DNA of 64,000 nt from Diadema antillarum (taxonomy: Eukaryota), in NCBI RefSeq assembly GCF_040938485.1, contig NW_027270931.1, forward strand, positions 1,364,001 through 1,428,000, written 5' to 3'. A program made the translations under genes and the position numbers. The notes under the pieces are model-generated. The model did no database searches and was not told the origin of the DNA. It was given only the letters and a program-made list of their open reading frames with translations. Positions 61,542 to 64,000 of this stretch are shown here, piece after piece (positions within the stretch are counted from its first letter, which is position 1; each line of letters opens with the position of its first letter).

Positions 61542-63351
61542 TTCAACTCCTCTTTTTTTTCGACTCGCATACAGAAGATCAGACCAAACGCAATACGCAT
61601 TATATGTGTGCGACAACGTTAATGTTGCCTCACACCTCTTCAATAATGGTTATACCGAAAATTCGACGATTTATCAAAAGCCCCTCCCTTTCAATGTTTT
61701 CGATCGTTGTATTAGGAGAAGTGTATATGTGCACATGATGGGAAGGACGAAACGATCAATTGTGACCCTGCACGATAAAAGTAACAAGTCATTAGACATG
61801 TATTTGGAAGTTAAGGGCAGATTCGGGAAGAGCAGATTTTAAGCTTTAAAATGATTTTTAACTTCAATCTCATGGACTCTCTTAACCTATCTCGATATTG
61901 GACAGAAAACATGCACTCTGGAAAAGTGTGTACTGAGAAAAGAGGCTCTAAAGTATATTGTATAGGGTCTATTTCAAGTGCTTAATTCTACCACGCTGTG
62001 CTCTGTGCAATGGGACAGTAAAGGATGTAAACCCCATAGCAACAACAGCGAAGGAATTATAAATCTAAGCTGAAATTGAGCATGTTTTATCAAGACATTA
62101 CATCCATGAATAACATCAACTTTCAAAGCAGTAGCATTGTCCTTTCAAAATCTATTAGAGTTGAAATTGAAGAGTGTGTCAAGGGTTTTTAAGATATTAA
62201 CAGATTCCTCTCAGATATGTTTCATCACATTATTCTACAAAAAAAAAAGTTCTTAATTTTCCATTCGTTTTATGACAAAAAACATCAGAATATTGCTGAA
62301 GAATTATTCTTTCAGAAAATACGAAAATTCAAGATTTGACGAGGCTGACCCGTTTCACCTATTTGGAGTGCTTACGCTAAATCAGTGCTTGTGACTTTTT
62401 GTCGGTTGTGATGCACGGTCATAACTATTGTTAACAAATTCATTTCGAAAAAAAAAATGTATGCATTTACATGGAAAACATGTGAGTAAGATCAGTGCAA
62501 CCTCATATGATTTACAAAATTAAGACATAAAACATGAAGAGGTTTATTTCCACAACTTTTTAAAGATTTAATTCAATTCACAACTTCTACCGTTTTGTTT
62601 TAATAGTTCATTGTTTGTCAGCTAGGTCATTGCGTGGTGGTTCACAATGCTTAATGAAAATAACTCAGATTGTGAAATAGAAACATGTAAATTGATTCAT
62701 TATAACTCTCTATTATGACTTCATTATGTATTGTACACGAAGGGTCGACACAAATACAATTCATGATTGGATTCATCACGGTAATGTCACAATTTTACAA
62801 CAACAACAAAACTTAATCTTTAAAAACATGGACACATTCTTCGTGCGTTGACAACATCAGGAAATAGCCGCAAATATCTCATCAAAATGGAGGTATAGAT
62901 GCCACCGACATAATCATTCATGTGAAAATTATCATCAACGTTTATACGTGACATTCAAAGAGAATGACTAACATCGATATTTGCCAATGTCGTCTGGAGA
63001 TCAAATATGGGAAAAATCCATATAATTATGCCTCCAAGAACGGAACAAGTTAACCTCAGACTGAAAGAATCATACTATAAAGGGGCTCCCCTACCGTTGA
63101 ATGACAAGACTTCTGTTACTAACACATTATAGTTACTATAATTAGAAAGGTACAGAATGTTCGTATAGTTTGATATCTGAGACAGTTACTTGGAGGGTTA
63201 CGACTCTCTATCATATTTGCCATTATTTTCTTTTACCCTTTGCTAGACAAATAAAGCTAAGACTTTTATCTTTTGAAAGCATGGAGCTCTGACGACTTAA
63301 TAAAAATTGCGAAACAGATTTGGGAAATGGAACGTGGCTACCTGGACAAGA

Positions 63352-63397
<46 letters not shown>

Positions 63398-64000
63398 GAA
63401 ATTGTCGATTTTTGTCTCCAGAATATCAATCTAGCAGTTTGTTCCTATTATGCCTGTATGCATTTTAATGATAAAGTCGACTGTTGAATGCGCATGAACA
63501 TTGGCACAATACGGCAGTGAAGAATGGGAAAAAATATAAGATGTTTAAAAAAATGAATTCTAAAGTTTCACTAGCACCATGACTGGATAGAAAGAATACA
63601 ACATTTCATGATGTTTAAAATTGACAACGATGTTAAGAAATGTATTGATAACTCTACAAAATGTTATTTTTTACACGGGGTTTTATGAAAATTACAGATT
63701 TCTGCCACTGTTTACTGACATAGATTGAGGATAATCATTGATCCCCCTGCCTTCTGAAAACGGTAAAACAAGTTAACACACTGTTGGCCAATACAAATGA
63801 AACGAATACAAATGAATAAATAAAGGATAGCGGAAAATTAATATCTAACAACACGAACATACACACACACACCCACACGCACATACGCACACACACACAA
63901 ATACAAAAGAAAACCCGTGACTTTCACAGGTTCTCTCTTCTATACAATCCCCCTCCTCAGACTCTCCTAGTCTTTATCCTCGGCCCCTAACAAGAAGTTT

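Noticed and set aside
61860-63100. AT-rich segment resembling the interior of a non-autonomous DNA transposon (also 3100-3600, 7260-7800 and 10440-10960)
   Set aside because: Ends and TSDs could not be defined by eye.

Overview
Eukaryotic DNA: AT-rich, with spliceosomal introns, microsatellites and one 128-N gap. The gene and repeat families suggest a marine deuterostome, probably an echinoderm (inference). The core is a tandem cluster of five intact 4-coding-exon paralogs of a classical short-chain dehydrogenase/reductase of the RDH8/HSD17B1 type (here SDR-1 to SDR-5). SDR-1 to SDR-4 are head-to-tail on the minus strand; SDR-5 is inverted on the plus strand. Coding exons are 265/180/94/328 nt (346 nt for the last exon of SDR-2), and each gene has a homologous upstream non-coding leader exon. 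An intact single-exon class A GPCR follows at 60441-61541. Repeated spacer blocks between the SDRs look, by manual frame-jumping only, like heavily decayed single-exon GPCR pseudogenes lying tail-to-tail with SDR-2, -3 and -4. Introns and spacers are full of mobile DNA: a full-length but disabled RTE LINE with a 12-bp TSD, CR1/L2-group LINE fragments, Penelope-like elements carrying five minimal hammerhead-ribozyme motifs (three with a compensated U3-A8 core), a tRNA-derived SINE in a direct-plus-inverted arrangement, and many MITEs. All structural calls were made by eye; no database search was run.
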